This document shows, in pieces, positions 29,621-45,352 of a DNA stretch of 64,000 nt. Every line of letters starts with the position of its first letter. Within the stretch, counting starts at the first letter, position 1. The stretch lies in NCBI RefSeq assembly GCF_009914755.1, contig NC_060937.1; one strand, given 5' to 3'. Source of the DNA: the human T2T-CHM13v2.0 reference genome, Homo sapiens. A program made the position numbers and the translations under genes. Under the pieces are notes generated by a model. That model saw nothing but the letters and a program-made list of their open reading frames with translations. It was not told where the DNA came from and did no database searches.

Positions 29621-31461
29621 TGAACTTGAATGGCTTTTGAAACTAAGTTCTTTTTTTAATTCTGTAAAGACAGTGTAACTACTTACAAATATGGAATTAA
29701 AATAAGTACTCTAATGTTTTAAAATTAATATCTCTGGTTTATCAATATATTAACCATTTTATGTGGTCTTGTAAACAACTGGCATAGTCACACATTGAAA
29801 GCAGAATCACTTGTTTTAAAAGACAATGCAAGATGAAGACCAGAGTTGTGCTAATGGAAATGCTATTTCAACTAGGTCAGAGAGAAGGGAGAACATGAAT
29901 ATTTGAAATAAGGCAAAGGCTTTCAAAAACCTTGGCTAAACATCAGAATGAAAATGCTCTGTTATGCTACATGCTGTTATTTGTAGATTCATCTCCATAT
30001 GACATTCATACATAGGACTATTGGAAAATCATAAAAATACATTAGAGAGGCATGGGTTGTTTTTAATCCATCTATAATTTGGGGCATTTTAAAAGTATTA
30101 AATTATGTAGTCATCTTAATAGCACTGCATGAATAGTTTTATTAAGTATACCTAAAAACTAAGTGTTAATAAAGACAGTAGAAATACAACTCTCCTTATC
30201 AAACAGAGGAGAAAAGTCAACCTGTAGGAAGGTAAACATGAAAAAATAGAAAACCAAGCTACATTGTAGTACGGGAAGAATTACAACTCCATAGCATTTG
30301 GGAGGAATTTTCATAGTTACGTAATTTGTTTAGCTTTATTTTCTTAAGGTGGTGTGGTAGGATAAACAATTAAATAGAATGTGTTTGAGATGCAAGTCTG
30401 TGACTTTTAGTAGCGTCGATTTCTTGGCCAAGATGAAGACTCTATAGTGAACTTTGGTTTTCTTGTTTGTAAAATCAGGTTAATAGACTTACAGAGTTCT
30501 GAGATTAAACATAATTAAACAGGTTCTCGTGTCAGTTACTCTCATACTGTATATGATTAAGAAATGATGGATACCTACCCGTTACTGTTGCAAATGGGAG
30601 CACTTTAATAACTTAAAAATTGGCCAATTTTATTTTTAGAAAAGCTCTGCATCATCCTGTGTTTAGATGTTAATTACGCTGACTTACCTAATCCAGGGTG
30701 AGTCAGCACGAACCACGTTCCTTACAAAACTTCACAAAATGTCTAGTTTGAACTAGAACTATAGAGGCAATAGATCTCTTCTCCTTTCATAGTTTTCTGT
30801 GGATTAATAGAAAAGGAGATACTTCATGTGTTTATTTTTATTGCTTACTGTGAGAAAAGTAATGATGAACATAAGGAAGAAAGCAGTTGAGTGTGACCAA
30901 TAGAATATATGACAATATATGTGGGTCTGCAGGGTGCTTAAGAAGGTGCATCTCTCAGCTCAAGGGTTTGAAGCTGTCTGGCATCAGTAGAGATTCCTTA
31001 TGTTATTATCTTAGAAAACAGGCAAGCTTTCATGTCTGCAATGAGAGTCACTGGTTTATCCATCTCCTGGTAAGCGACATGTAGAAATTACAGATGGAAT
31101 GATGTCCTCTAAAGTCTGCTAGGGGACTTGCCTCACAAGCTGCAACTCCACACCCAGACATAATTGTCAATAGAGTGTCCTAATGATGAATACGTGCAAA
31201 ACTTTTAAGTTATTTTCTTACTGAAACATATTTATTTTACTACAATTATATAAATCCCTTATTAGTCCTTCTTTTGCTAAATATTTTTATGATTTATTTT
31301 GGAATACATTTACAGCCTGAGATTTCTGTATAATAGTAATGGCATTTTTTTCACATCTAAAGAGCCAGTCTCTATTAAATGCCAAAAGCTAGCTTTAGGC
31401 ATTTATGGGTAAAAATCTCAAGAACAATTCTGGGACTTAAATTTTGAAAAAAATTTGAAAT

Positions 31462-31492
<31 letters not shown>

Positions 31493-32211
31493 ATTTTTAA
31501 CAGGTTTGCTTTGCTATTGTGTACAAAAGCAACTAGGAGTCACTTAGAAGAATAAAATTATTTCCATTGTGATGAGTGCAAATCTCATCTTATGATAAGT
31601 ACAAATCTCATCTTTTGACGAGTGCAAATTTGCATGTAATTTTTTTTAAGACCATTGGTTTGAGCGATACATTTTAGATTTCTGTGTTGCTAACAGAAGC
31701 TGGACTTTTTGTCTTTTATTCCACTACAAACTTGCAACAAAATGCTTAACAAATCAATGCTGTATTCAGAATCAAACCTAGAAGAATATTAGTGCTTTTA
31801 TAATATGTTTTTTATTCTGTTTTGCGCTTATTGACCCATCCATCAGTTCTTCACTCGAACGTCAACTCCTGCAGAGTTGAAATTGTGTCTGTGCTTTGTA
31901 TATAATAAAAGTTCAACGAACATGTTTTCAATTGAAGTTTAAAGAAGAATAAACTCCTAAGAAAAAAGTCTTCATAGTGGATTTCATAGTGGTTCTTCTT
32001 GTTCAGGAATAAATGACAATTGTTCCTCCACAGGAAGCTTGACAATTGTTTAGAGTAGGGACACATTTGAGGAGATGTTAAGAAACACTCCAAAACTTCA
32101 GCATCTCCAACCTCAGTCTCCTCCAGTAGCTCCAAAAGATTAAATGGATTCTCATCTAAAAGATGAGATACTACAGCTAATAGGAAATTCTGATCGCATT
32201 TTCTCTGACTT

Positions 32212-32551
32212 TATCTTAGTCAGTTCAGGCAGCTAGAACAAAATACCTTAGAGGAGGTAATTGACAAACAGCAGAAATTTATCGCTCACAGTTCTGGAGG
32301 CCAGGAAATGTAAGATCAAGATGGCAGTGGACTTGGTGTCTGGTGAGGGCTCTCTGCTTCATAGATGCTGCCTTCTTGCCACATCCACTCATGAGGGAGG
32401 ATCAAGGCAGCTCTCTGGGGCTTCCTTTATTAAGGGCACTAATCTCACTCGGGATGGTGGCGCCATTATGACCTAAATCGCCTCCCAAAGGCCCCACCTT
32501 CTAATCCCATCACTTTGGCAAATTGTGGAGGAACACATTCAGACCATAGCA
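32212..32551 (-). mobile_element. MaLR solo LTR (MLT1A-like)
   Basis: tcttagtcagttcaggc...aaatttatcgctcacagttctggagg...acacattcagaccatagca. Confidence 0.8.
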
Positions 32552-32586
32552 GAATTAACGAATCATTTCTATTCAAAAGTATTTCT

Positions 32587-33311
32587 TTTTTTTATTATTA
32601 TACTTTAAGTTTTAGGGTACATGTGCACAACATGCAGGTTAGTTACATAGGTATACATGTGCCATGTTGGTGTGCTGCCCCCATCAACTCGTCATTTAAC
32701 ATTAGGTATATCTCCAAATGCTATCCCTCCCCCCTCTCCCCACTCCACAACAGGCCCTGGTGTGTGATGTTCCCCTTCCTGTGCCCATGTGTTCTCATTG
32801 TTCAATTCCCACCTATGAGTGAGAACATGCGGTGTTTCGTTTTTTGTCCTTGCGATGGTTTGCTGAGAATGATGGTTTCCAGCTTCATCCATGTCCCTAC
32901 AAAGGACATGAACTCATCATTTTTTATGGCTGCATAGTATTCCATGGTGTATATGTACCACATTTTCTTAATCCAGTCTATCATTGATGGACATTTGGGT
33001 TTGTTCCAAGTCTTTGCTATTGTGAATAGTGCATCTCACACCAGTTAGAATGGCGATCATTAAAAATCAGGAAGCAACAGGTGCTGGAGAGGATGTGGAG
33101 AAATAGGAACACTTTTACACTGTTGGTGGGACTGTAAACTAGTTCAACCATTGTGGAAGTCAGTGTGGCGATTCCTCAGGGATCTTGAACTAGAAATACA
33201 GTTTGACCCAGCAATCCCATTACTGGATATATACCCAAAGGATTATAAATCATGCTGCTATAAAGACACATGCACATGTATGTTTATTGCGGCACTATTC
33301 ACAATAGCAAA
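32587..33311 (-). mobile_element. 5'-truncated, 5'-inverted L1PA
   Basis: Antisense 3'UTR/ORF2 end at 32587-33032, then a sense ORF2 piece at 33032-33311; TSD aaaa(g/t)tatttctt. Confidence 0.93.
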
Positions 33312-33389
33312 ATTATTTCTTATAATAAGTACAATACTAGTGTAAAAAATATAGTTCACATAGCTCAGCAGTAATTTGGTACTTCCAGT

Positions 33390-33920
33390 GGTACTTTTCA
33401 GTGTGTGGAAAACTGTACAGGACAAACAACTGACTTCTTCAACATATAAAATGCAGAGAAAAATTGTGAAAGGAGGGCACCTGTAGATTAAAACCTATCT
33501 AAAGACATGTACAACAGCTGAATGTGTGGGCATTCTTGGGCCCTAATGTGCTAAATTATGTATAAAAGCTATAATTAAAGTAATGTGCAATCTGGACAGT
33601 TGATGAAATTTTTAAAAATTATTATTTATTGGATTATGTGTGATAAAGATACTAAAAAATGTGTTTCTCTAAGTTCTTGTATCTCAGAGAATTATACTAA
33701 AGTAGTTACCTGTTTAAGGACATACCATCTGCAAATTGCTTCAAATGAGTCCACCTTTGAGGACAATAAGGAAATGGAAAAAGCAGAAGTGGCCATAGGT
33801 TGGTACTTACTGATGATTGTTGAAGTCAGTTGGTGGCTGATGGAGGTTATTACATTATTCCCTTCATGATTGAATATGTTTAAAATAGTTCATCATGTGC
33901 CATTTTTAATCAATGAGAAA
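33390..33920 (+). mobile_element. Probable old L1ME 3' relic, approximate bounds
   Basis: tgattgttgaa...tggaggttattacattatt...tatgtttaaaatagttcat resembles L1ME 3' ends. Confidence 0.45.
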
Positions 33921-34153
33921 AATTTAAGATTATATAAGTGTTACTATAATAAATGATAGAATTTTTTCTCTCTAAACATGTTATTATAGAGCTCTGCAGA
34001 TCTGCACCAATGAGCAAAGTCATGGAAACAAATCATTTAACCTACAAATAATTTCCCTACATTCTCCCACTAAACACATACATGCAAAGGCATGTAGTGA
34101 ATCTCTTAAAGCCATGATGTCTAGTAAAATTACATGTTAACAATATGCTGGAA

Positions 34154-34437
34154 TGACAGGTGCATTGGCTCCTGTCTGTAATCCCAGCACTTTGGGAAGC
34201 CAAGGCAGGTGGATCACTTGAGGCCAGGAGTTTGAGACCAGCCTGGCCAACATGGTGAAACCCTGTCTCCACTAAAAATACAAAAATTACCCACACATGG
34301 TGGCACATGCCTGTAGTCCCAGCCACTCAGGAGAATGAGACATGAATATCGTTTAAACCTGGGAGGTTGAGGCTGCTGCAGTGAGATGGGATTGCGCTAC
34401 TGCACTCCCATCTGGGTGACAGAACAAGACCATGCAG

Positions 34438-34477
<40 letters not shown>

Positions 34478-34547
34478 GGAGGGAGGGAGGGAGAGTGGGA
34501 GGAAAGGAAAGGAAAGGAAAGGAAAGGAAAGGAAAGGAAAGGGAAAA
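34154..34547 (+). mobile_element. Old Alu with expanded (GAAA)/(GA)/(GGGA)/(GGAAA) tail
   Basis: Alu body to ~34435, purine tail after it; TSD atgctggaa at 34145-34153 and 34548-34556. Confidence 0.92.
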
Positions 34548-34563
34548 ATGCTGGAAGAACTTA

Positions 34564-35010
<447 letters not shown>

Positions 35011-35614
35011 TCAAATCATTTCCCTGCTTACAGACTGTTTTCTAACAACTGAAATTTACTGGACACTTCAGATGACCTGGGCTTGGGCTATGTGGTCAGA
35101 GTTTGGAAAAATTGAGATACTTTGACTTCTAAAGTTTTATGAAATGATATGATATAATTTGGCAGTCTCAACCTCAAGAAATATTTTAATGCCCTTCATT
35201 GTGAAATCATGATGCTAGAGATGATAGAAAGAAAAATGGAATAGTAAATTAACTTTTCTTAATTGGACTTTTCCACATACTCTTCACATGCGTTATCACA
35301 TTTCACAGATGAGAAAATTGAGACTGCTATACTCTGTGCTTTGTAAGTGCATGGTAGCAGTACCTAGTAGGATTCATTTTTCTGGCTTAGTTGCATCAGT
35401 AATCTAGGATTCATTCATTCAATAAACATATATTGTATATGCCCCAAGTTCCAGACCCTGTTCTAGGCACTAAAGTTTACATAGACATTATGGTATGGCA
35501 GGTAAGGTACAAATGTTAAAAGGGCAAATTCCTTTTTTATAAATTAGATTTTCTCTGGCCAGATAATATGTTCCCACTTCTGCACCAATTCTTCTCTTTT
35601 CCAGTCCTACATAT

Positions 35615-36150
35615 TTTTTAGTGTTCCAGCATTTATGATTATATAATGAATTACCTGAAAACTTAATGACACACATAAACATTTATTATGCTCACCAATT
35701 CTTTGGGTCAAGTATTTGAACAGGGCATACGGAGACAGATTGTCTCTGGTCCATCATATCTGGGGCCTTAGCTAGATAACTGGAGTGTCGGAGGCCAATG
35801 CCATGTGAAGCTTCCATCAATCGCGAATCTAGAGGGTGACACTGGCTGTTGGCTGGGGGCCTCAGTTCCTCTTTGCATGAGTCTCTCCACGTTGGTCTCT
35901 CCATGTTGGTCTCTCCCTATGGCTTCTATGTACATGCTAGTTGGGGCTTTCTCGCAGTTTGTTGGATGATTTTTCTAGAGTGGCTTCCCCAAAGGAGAAA
36001 CACATGCGGAAGCTGGATGCTTTTTTTGATAACCTAGCTTCAGAGGTCACATAGTATTACTTCCTCTGTAGGTTGGAGCAATCACAAGCATGCCCAGGTT
36101 CAGAGAGGTGGGTAAATTGAGTCTACCTCTTGATGGTGAAGGACCAGTTT
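35615..36150. mobile_element. Old MaLR LTR (MLT1-like), approximate bounds
   Basis: acatttattatgctcac...ctggctgttggctggggcctcagttcctct...acctagcttcagaggtcaca...ctacctcttgatgg. Confidence 0.7.
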
Positions 36151-39134
36151 TAATTGGACATCATGGGAAAAGGACTGGGGATGTTTAAATGGGTAATGGT
36201 TGCTATATTAGTCTAAGTATGGGACAGGATCCATGTAATTTCACTCACACTGTATCATGTGATAGCTATTAGATATCAATATTGATTTGTCTGCTGATCA
36301 ATTGATACACAAATATGATAAAATATTATTTTCAGTTGTTTCACACATAGATTTCAAAATCATACATGTGTTAAATATCTACCTCTATCTTAAAGCATCT
36401 TCTACCCTGTGTATCTCCTTTTCACAATGATGTTGAACTTTCCAAAATCATTTCAGGGACTTACCAGCTGTTGATCTGATATTTTTAAAAATTTGAACAA
36501 GGAAATGCATTTATTTTCGCTACGTGTCAGAACTCTAGCATAATGCTATTCAGGTTTCTACAGAAAAACAAATAGAATCATTAAATAATGAGATGCTAGT
36601 ATAATATACCTCTTACAATCATATTGGATTCTGTGTTTATAGATAGCATGATTATTGGTCTTCTTTAAATAACAGTCTTCAAAAACCTGTTTTGGGGAAA
36701 TAAAATGGGGAGTGGCAACATAATTAAGAATTTTGAGCATATAAACTATACATTTAATGACTTTTCCCTCAAAATCTCTGTAAGTTAAGTAATATCACCT
36801 CTGAGCTTAAATAATTTAAGTAGCTCATAGAAGTTCACACAAAACCAAGGTCTGAATTCAGGTTTAATAACAAGCTATTTTCAGTTCCAAAGGTTCTTAG
36901 AAAGCTAAACATAAAATTTTATTAGTATATATTTTCTAAACTTCACTTGATGCCCCTTTTGTTTGTATTTCTCTTAGGACTCAATATTATTTATTCTATT
37001 ATGTTTAGAAACAATAAACTCTTCGTAAATTTTATGTGCCATTGTTTTTTCCATAGTGGAATTTATCACCAAATCCGTTTAATATAAATAAGTTTCATAA
37101 TGGAGGTGTATCTTTTTCATTGTAGAGTACCAGGATGATTAAAAGGAAATGTTACAAAGCTTAGTAAGGAGAATTAATGCATTTGAAACCATCTATCAGA
37201 TTACTTTAGAGAAGAGTGAATTGAGTAATTTTAATGACCAGGAAAAGGCTTAAGTTAATCATTGTGGCTGTCCAGCTATAAAGCTCCAATCCCAGATACG
37301 TAAACTAGGAAAATGCTTTCATGTAGTTTTGTGCTAATAATTGATAATGGCTACAATTTCTTGAGCTCCTACTATTAGTCAGATTATTTTTCTATATAAT
37401 TTTTAACTCTTACAACAGCTTTTTCAGAAAATTAAGAGTTAAAGTCCCCACAAGTTTTATGAGGCCCAGTGGGAATTCAGAGGCAGATGTGTGAGGCCGC
37501 AGGAGCTGCTCCAGCACAGGCCATGCTGTCAGTTTGTCAGAACCTCTAAACTTTGCATTTCATTCTGAATCATTACAACTATTTGAAAAAGGCTTATTAT
37601 TTTGGTAGAAATTATACATTAATCATTGGTTTTGGACTATATGAATAATTTTATATGAAAAAAGAAAGCATATTGATTAGAAGTTTATTACTAAACAAGA
37701 AAACAAACTTTTTTTTGAAAAATATTGAACAATTTGATAGAGTGACTGAAGCTCTAAAATAAGAGCATTTTAACCAGAGGTTATGTTTCTAACTCTTGGG
37801 CATGGCTTCTATTTAAATTGAGGAATATATTTTATGTACAAGGTATCATACAAAATACTAAAAATAATTTTTTTAATATGTGTTTTTCAATCCTGATCTT
37901 AGCATATTATTATATAAGATTTGTCAATAAATTTAGCCAGTTAGTTTGTAGTCGATAGACTCCTTTTTGAAGACCAATTCTTCAAATCCCAAAGTAGTAA
38001 TTATTTACATTAAAGGAGAATATAGTCATGAATTAAACCCATCAAAATACTATATTTTTTTGTTCTGAGTAACAGAATAAAATAAAAGTTGTAAAAAGAG
38101 AAAGTGTTTTTCATTTGTGTAAAACAATGTCTTTATACATGTGAAGTAGCTGAAATTTATATTTACTTAAAATTTGTTATATATACTTTAATTTTAAAAT
38201 ATCTAAGGAAGCCAGAGAAGGAAAGATGATTGATTCCTTTAAGAAATAGTAACAGAATAAAAAATTTAAAAAAAAAAAAAGAAAAGGAAGAGAAGGGGAT
38301 TGGGAAATAGAAGGGTGAAAAAAGAAATACAAACAAAAACAAATACGGCAGCCTGGGCCAGGTGGTAGCTGTGGGTGGTAGCGAATGTGTGCCCAGTCCA
38401 CTTCCTGGGTGCTGACTGCGGGTCCCAATGTGGGGCTCTGGTAAGGAAAGCAACCCTTCTCTGCTGTGGCTACCAAGCACCCAAGTCCTCTATTTTTAAA
38501 ATAAGATTAGCTTATCGGCAGAGGTAGTATCCTCTATCAAGGTAAGAGTCAGTCATGGTGCTAGCAAAAGAGTAAACATGACCTTTCCCAAACAAGAATG
38601 GTAGGAAAGAAAGGCCTCTACAATTATAGATTCTGAGAAGACAAAATAAACTAGACTTTTAAAACTGAAGTAAACAAGAGAGATGCTATCCCCTCACCAA
38701 CCTCCTGTACCTGCCGTTTCATAGGCAATATATGGAAATCAGGGATAACTGATTTGTCGGAGAACCACTTGGAGCAGTCTGGTGAGCCCCAAGGTAATCT
38801 TCAAATAGTTGAAGTTTATAGTATGCTTGAAGTGTTCAAGTCCCAAAGAAGTCCTGCAGAGAAGCCTAACTTAACTCCATATTTCCCCAATGGGCTTCTG
38901 CTTACGTAGGGTTTTTAGACAACAGCTATTAAAGTCTCACACAATTAGTGTTCTGCTGAACATATTTCAGCAATGCTCAGTGTCTAAAATCTAACACTAT
39001 TCCTTCTCTCTCTCTCTCTCTGTGTCTGTCTCATGTGAACACACACACATTAATATCTTATATATACACATATATATTAACTAATGAGCAAATTAGTTGA
39101 TGCATAGTGCATTCTCAGTTCTATGATCTATCTC

Positions 39135-39303
39135 AGTGTGTTCAACCATGTCTACCCATTAGAATCACCTGGAAAGCTTTTTAAATATTTCAATGCCTGC
39201 ACCCCACTCCAATTTAATTGGTTTGGGGTCAGGCCCAGACATTAGCCTTTCTTAAAAAACTCCTCAATTAATTCCAATGTGCAGATAGGCTTGAGAGTCA
39301 CTG
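39135..39303. mobile_element. MER5A-like hAT DNA transposon relic
   Basis: cagtg...cattagaatcacctggaaagctttttaaa...aattccaatgtgcag...ttgagagtcactg; cagtg/cactg ends. Confidence 0.8.
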
Positions 39304-42300
39304 CCCAGGGCTCTGCCTTCAGCTGGAGTCAGCTTTAATTAATCTCCTACTTTAATTCTGTGATGTGTATGCCATGCTCTATTATATTTTTGTTTCAGAT
39401 ATGTTTCACTGAGTAATGAAAGTAAAGGGAGAGCAGTTGGTGGAAATTTACTCAAGAAATTGTTTGTCATTAATACAAATGATGAGCCATCTGGATAAGC
39501 AATAAGTTTCCGTTCCTAAAGAGTGTGTTCCAGGGGTGCATAGTTTTTATTAGTAAACCACTTAGCAGTGGCACTTCATGTACAAAGCTGTATTTTAATT
39601 AGAGAAGAGCAAATACTATCTAAGCAGCTACTTGATAATTATTCATGAGCATTTATGAATACTCACCTTTCACCCACATTCACGTCTACTCTGAGGAATA
39701 CCCGGAGATCTAATTGAACCCCAAAACAACTCTACAGTAGGTAGATTTGAAAAAGTAATGGTTGTTTTCCATTGAAGCCAATGATGCCAATGATTGATGC
39801 AGATTTATGCTTCTAGGTATACGAACTAATTTGCCTGTAAAAATCTTCACTCTATCTTTCTCTGATTGTGTTGAACACACGCCCACATATGCACATTCAC
39901 ATACACATACAGAGTTTAGTGAAAATAAATCAAGAATAAGGTTCTGTCCATGACTTTGGCAAAACCATTTGGTTTGTGGGGTACATTTTTTTAAAGTTTC
40001 AATGAGGTATCCGATATTGAATGATATGTTCCTATTGTTAACCTTAGCTACATGTTCTAGTGGTTTTGAATTTCATGCCACAGTACGTCTATATTTTAAC
40101 TTTGGTTCAAACAATGAGTGCTTTGAACAGTTTAGAATAAAGGCAAACTTTAAGTAAAACATTTTAATGGACACATTACACCAAAATTATTTTGAAAAAA
40201 AACATTCTACTTTAAACTACATATGTTTCCAGTGACTCACTACCACTCCACATCACTCTCCACTGTTGGAAACACAAATATAGATTTAGTTCCAGAAGGC
40301 ACCTTCATAATAAAAGGTACAAATTGGAAATCAGTCCACAGGCTACTTGGTTTTACACATGAAGCTGGAAATTTCTCTACGGGATTTTAATAATTTACTT
40401 TAAAATTTTTTCCCCCAGAACACAAAGAACATGATGTTCAATAAAAGGTTCAGGTGTATTGCAAAGATCACCCTATGCCACAAAAAGAACTCGCCACTGA
40501 CGCTGCAGCTTAATAATGCTAGAAGTCCAGCAGAGACGCTGTAGGTTTTATCAATCATTTTGATTGACCAAGAGAGGAATAAATTGGGTTGCTCTATCCA
40601 GAGACACAGGCCACATCCATTTCTGTTATCCAAAGTTTGGTAGATTGCTTTAGACGTTTGTGGAAAAAAGGAAGAAAGCTGAGACCTGGCTTCTTCCCGT
40701 CCTTGTGTTTGCCACGGTTTCATCTACATTCATACTTGGTTTCACTGCTTTGATTAAACCAGGGGATCAATTCAGTGAAGCCAATATTCAATTCAGTAAA
40801 ATATTAGTACGAAAAAAACAATTACAGTATCTGTTTTCTATTATCAGAAGCCTCAGGTCAGTCAAAACAAGACAGAGGTTGTGTTCTGTAAGGCAGTCAA
40901 GGCCAGGAGGATGCAATCAGATTGTGATCGAAAGCAGTTTTTGTACCTACAGAGCTGCAACCTATTCTGAATGCAAAATAACAAAAGAATTGTATTAGAT
41001 ATGTTAGAGTCATCAATGTCCAAGTATTTTCAATTAGAGAAGCTCAAAAGGAGAGGAAAAGAAAATGTCATATAATGTGGGTATGTCTTGTAAATAATCA
41101 GCCACTGAGTTTTTAAAATTTGGAATCCTGTTTATCGAACTTCTTATCATTTCGCACAGTAATAGACATTACCTTATTTCATGGATTCAACATTGTTTCT
41201 CAGCAATTTGTTCCCTAAAATGTATTCCACTTAACCACACTATCCATAAACAGTTTTAAGTCAAATTGTTGCAGTAAATGACCTATTTGTGTTAATTTTT
41301 AAATGATTCAATGTATTTTTAATAATAAAAAACTTGAGAAGTTACAGTTGTATATATCATATAGTCAAAGAAGATATTTTCCAGTGGTTTCATTCCATAA
41401 GAGAAGTCATTAGTTTCTGTACATTTTCAGTAAATATTTCACCCCAAACTTTAATAATTGTATAGCATTTATTATTCCTTTATAACAAAATTACCTTATT
41501 ATTGGAGTTTAACAAATTATTAAAGGAATGCATCAAAATATTATTTCTGAAGCAAAGTGAAATAGTTTAAACAGTTTTTATTTCTTTTTAACAATTTTTA
41601 TTTTTTATTTATGATTGAAATGAAAGTGACAAGTAGATGTACTGCTTGAACAGTAGGGATGCCATTGTGGACAGATGCTACATAGTTGCATGGAAAGTAG
41701 TTTTTCTTTCCAAAACCATTACTGGAGATTTATGCCCTGTAGGATAAGATAAACATAGAAACTGATCATGAAGATCTGGATTGCCTGGCATCACTTGGTT
41801 TTGATGGAATAATTCAAGAGGATAAATGTGCTAGACTGTATCAGTTACAAGAAAGAAAATATTTTTCATATGATATTTAGATACTGAATGCCACTCCTCC
41901 CTCTGCCAGCTATAATGTGCAGAATTTGTTGGTCTGTGTCCATATTCAAATCGTATTTGCCTTAACAACAACGCCTTTAAAATTAAATGTTTTATATGGT
42001 ATGTTCTCATCCGAAGCAACTGTTTTAATTAAGAGATGATCACAGCAGTGTGAGTTTACCTAAGAAACACTTAAAGGTTTAAAAGGTAAAGAACTTCCAG
42101 CTTTGTGCATTTCTCTTGAAATCTAGTTGTCAGAAGACAGAGAGGAAAAGTTCTAGTTACTTACTGTGCAAATAATGTACAAGGAAGAAAATCCAGTAAC
42201 CACAGAGGGAATGCTGGGGGAAGAAGACGATACCAGGAGAGTCTCCTGGTTTATACAAATCCTCTCAAGTTCTTTAGGTTTAAAATGACTTCTATGACAA

Positions 42301-43175
42301 CCACAACATGGCAAGTTCTTCTTTAATTTTTAATTTAGATTTCATGTTGTAATAGAATGTTTTAGGGAAACTTCTTCTATCTACAGAAATTAATTTATCA
42401 CTGAATTTAAGAAACCATCTTTTACCATGAAGGCAGAGAGACAAGAAAACCCATTGGGAAGGGTGGTAGTCATGGAGCACCATTTTTTGACCTGAATCTA
42501 AGAATTATTTTTGTTACTATTTGAATGTCAATAGGTGATATTCAGATCTTATTTTAATATGGTTATTACTTTAATATTTTGTTTGGTATATGTCTACTAT
42601 ACTGTTATTCTCCACCTGTCATATTAATAATAATAAAGACCATGTGCATTCATCATTAAAATAACTCCATCAGGTTGTAAGAACCTCTGCACTTTGAGCT
42701 CTCCTACCTCTGCTTCAGTCAAGGACCCCCTTGCCTGCCACCCTCTCATGCTCTAATCACCCCGTTTCTGAAGATGTTTGAGCTAGCTACACCTACGCAC
42801 AACATTCTAACCCTGGCAAGAAGACTAGAACTTTACAGCAAGTCCACCCAGTCCCACGCCACACTCCCTTCTGTGTTCACACCAATGTTCTGCTCTTTCA
42901 TATGTTTGTTTCTTCTCTGAAGAAATTTCCCCCTGAGACTTCTTCATGCCCTACAATGTCATAAATTTCCATTCTCCCAAGTAACTGGATTTTTGAGAAA
43001 ATGTCCTTTTCCATCTAGGTGCATGTAATTCTCAAGTCATTACTAGCCACACCCTTAAGGGTAAGTGGGAGCTCCCTTTGGGAGGATATGGAGTGACCTC
43101 GTGCTGGTCACTTGAGAAGGTAATTTGTCTTGCTCATTGGAAGCTGTCCTTATATGGGCTAGAAGGAGGACATGA

Positions 43176-43733
<558 letters not shown>

Positions 43734-44194
43734 TAATTTTCTTTCAAATGTTTTATCAATTGTTTCCAGCTATATAAATATTGATCTGTAATTATTTTTA
43801 GTTACTGAGCAGTAAATATTTCTAACCGGCTTTAAGTTTTGTCTAGTATAACATAGTGGTTTAGGGTGCAGATGAGGGAACATAAAGGTCTGTAAAACTG
43901 AGTAAGCTCACAAAAGAAGTGGGTATAGGCAGAGAAGAGACAAGGTCCACAGGCAGAGCCCCTGGACACTCCAATATGAGCAGGCCAGGAGTCCACGAAG
44001 AGTCGGGAAAGGAGATGGGGAGGAAGCAGCCAGTGAGCTAGAAAGCCAAGAGAGTGTGGTGTCCCGGAGGAGAGGGGAGAAAGTGCTCCATGGAAGAAGA
44101 GAAACCGACTCAGTCAAATAACGCTGGGGTGGGGATGGGTCAAGAGAAACAAATGTGAGAGTTGAACATTGGATTTAGAAATGTGCACACTGCT

Positions 44195-44522
<328 letters not shown>

Positions 44523-44625
44523 CTACAAAAGCAAGTTTGATGGCGCCATGGTGTCAAAAGTTTTATTAGAGTGGTTTCGAGAGGGAATGGAAAGATAAGA
44601 ATTTGAGATAATAAGTAGAAATCAG

Positions 44626-44627
<2 letters not shown>

Positions 44628-44665
<38 letters not shown>
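44628..44665. repeat. (GT)n microsatellite
   Basis: Read directly from the sequence. Confidence 0.95.
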
Positions 44666-44666
<1 letters not shown>

Positions 44667-45352
44667 GATAGGAAAGGAAGCACAGAAGTAGAAGAGTAGC
44701 CTAGAGGGGAAGTCGGATTTTGCGCTGGTTAGATTTGAGTTATGGTATAGTTTTTTAAATACTTTAAGATAAATAAAGGTTTTTTTTTAAGATTAAGAAA
44801 TAACATATTTGTTTCCTGATGGGAATGTCTTGTGGAAAGAGAAAAATTGACAGTTGGAGGAATGTGGAAAATTTTCTGATAAAGAAAATAATTTCTTCAA
44901 TATAATGATTTGACTGTTGATTACTATTTCTGAAAGAACCCCCACATTCATTCTTGCCCATCACTAATACGCAATCAGAAATGAGGCCCTCATGAAATGC
45001 TTCTCTTTTCTCTGGGATCTCATGGTAAACCCAGCTTTATCTTCATTTCCTGATGAGAGCTCAAATATATTTTCCTTTTGGAAATATTTTAAATGCTCAA
45101 ATATATTTGAGACTCAACGTTTGTAATATTGGAATCATACTTTTCGTTGTTTTTAGCATACTTTGAATAGTTAGATGATATGGTATCAGATATACTTGAT
45201 CTGTGAAATATGTGCAAGTCCATTCCTAGACTTCAGTTGAAACTCTGACTTCCCAGGCAACGTTGTCATGCTTTATTTTGGTAGACTAATTGGTTGGAAA
45301 CTCCCTGAGTCAATACTTTCCCAATCTGAAACTGTGTCATTGAACAACTGAA

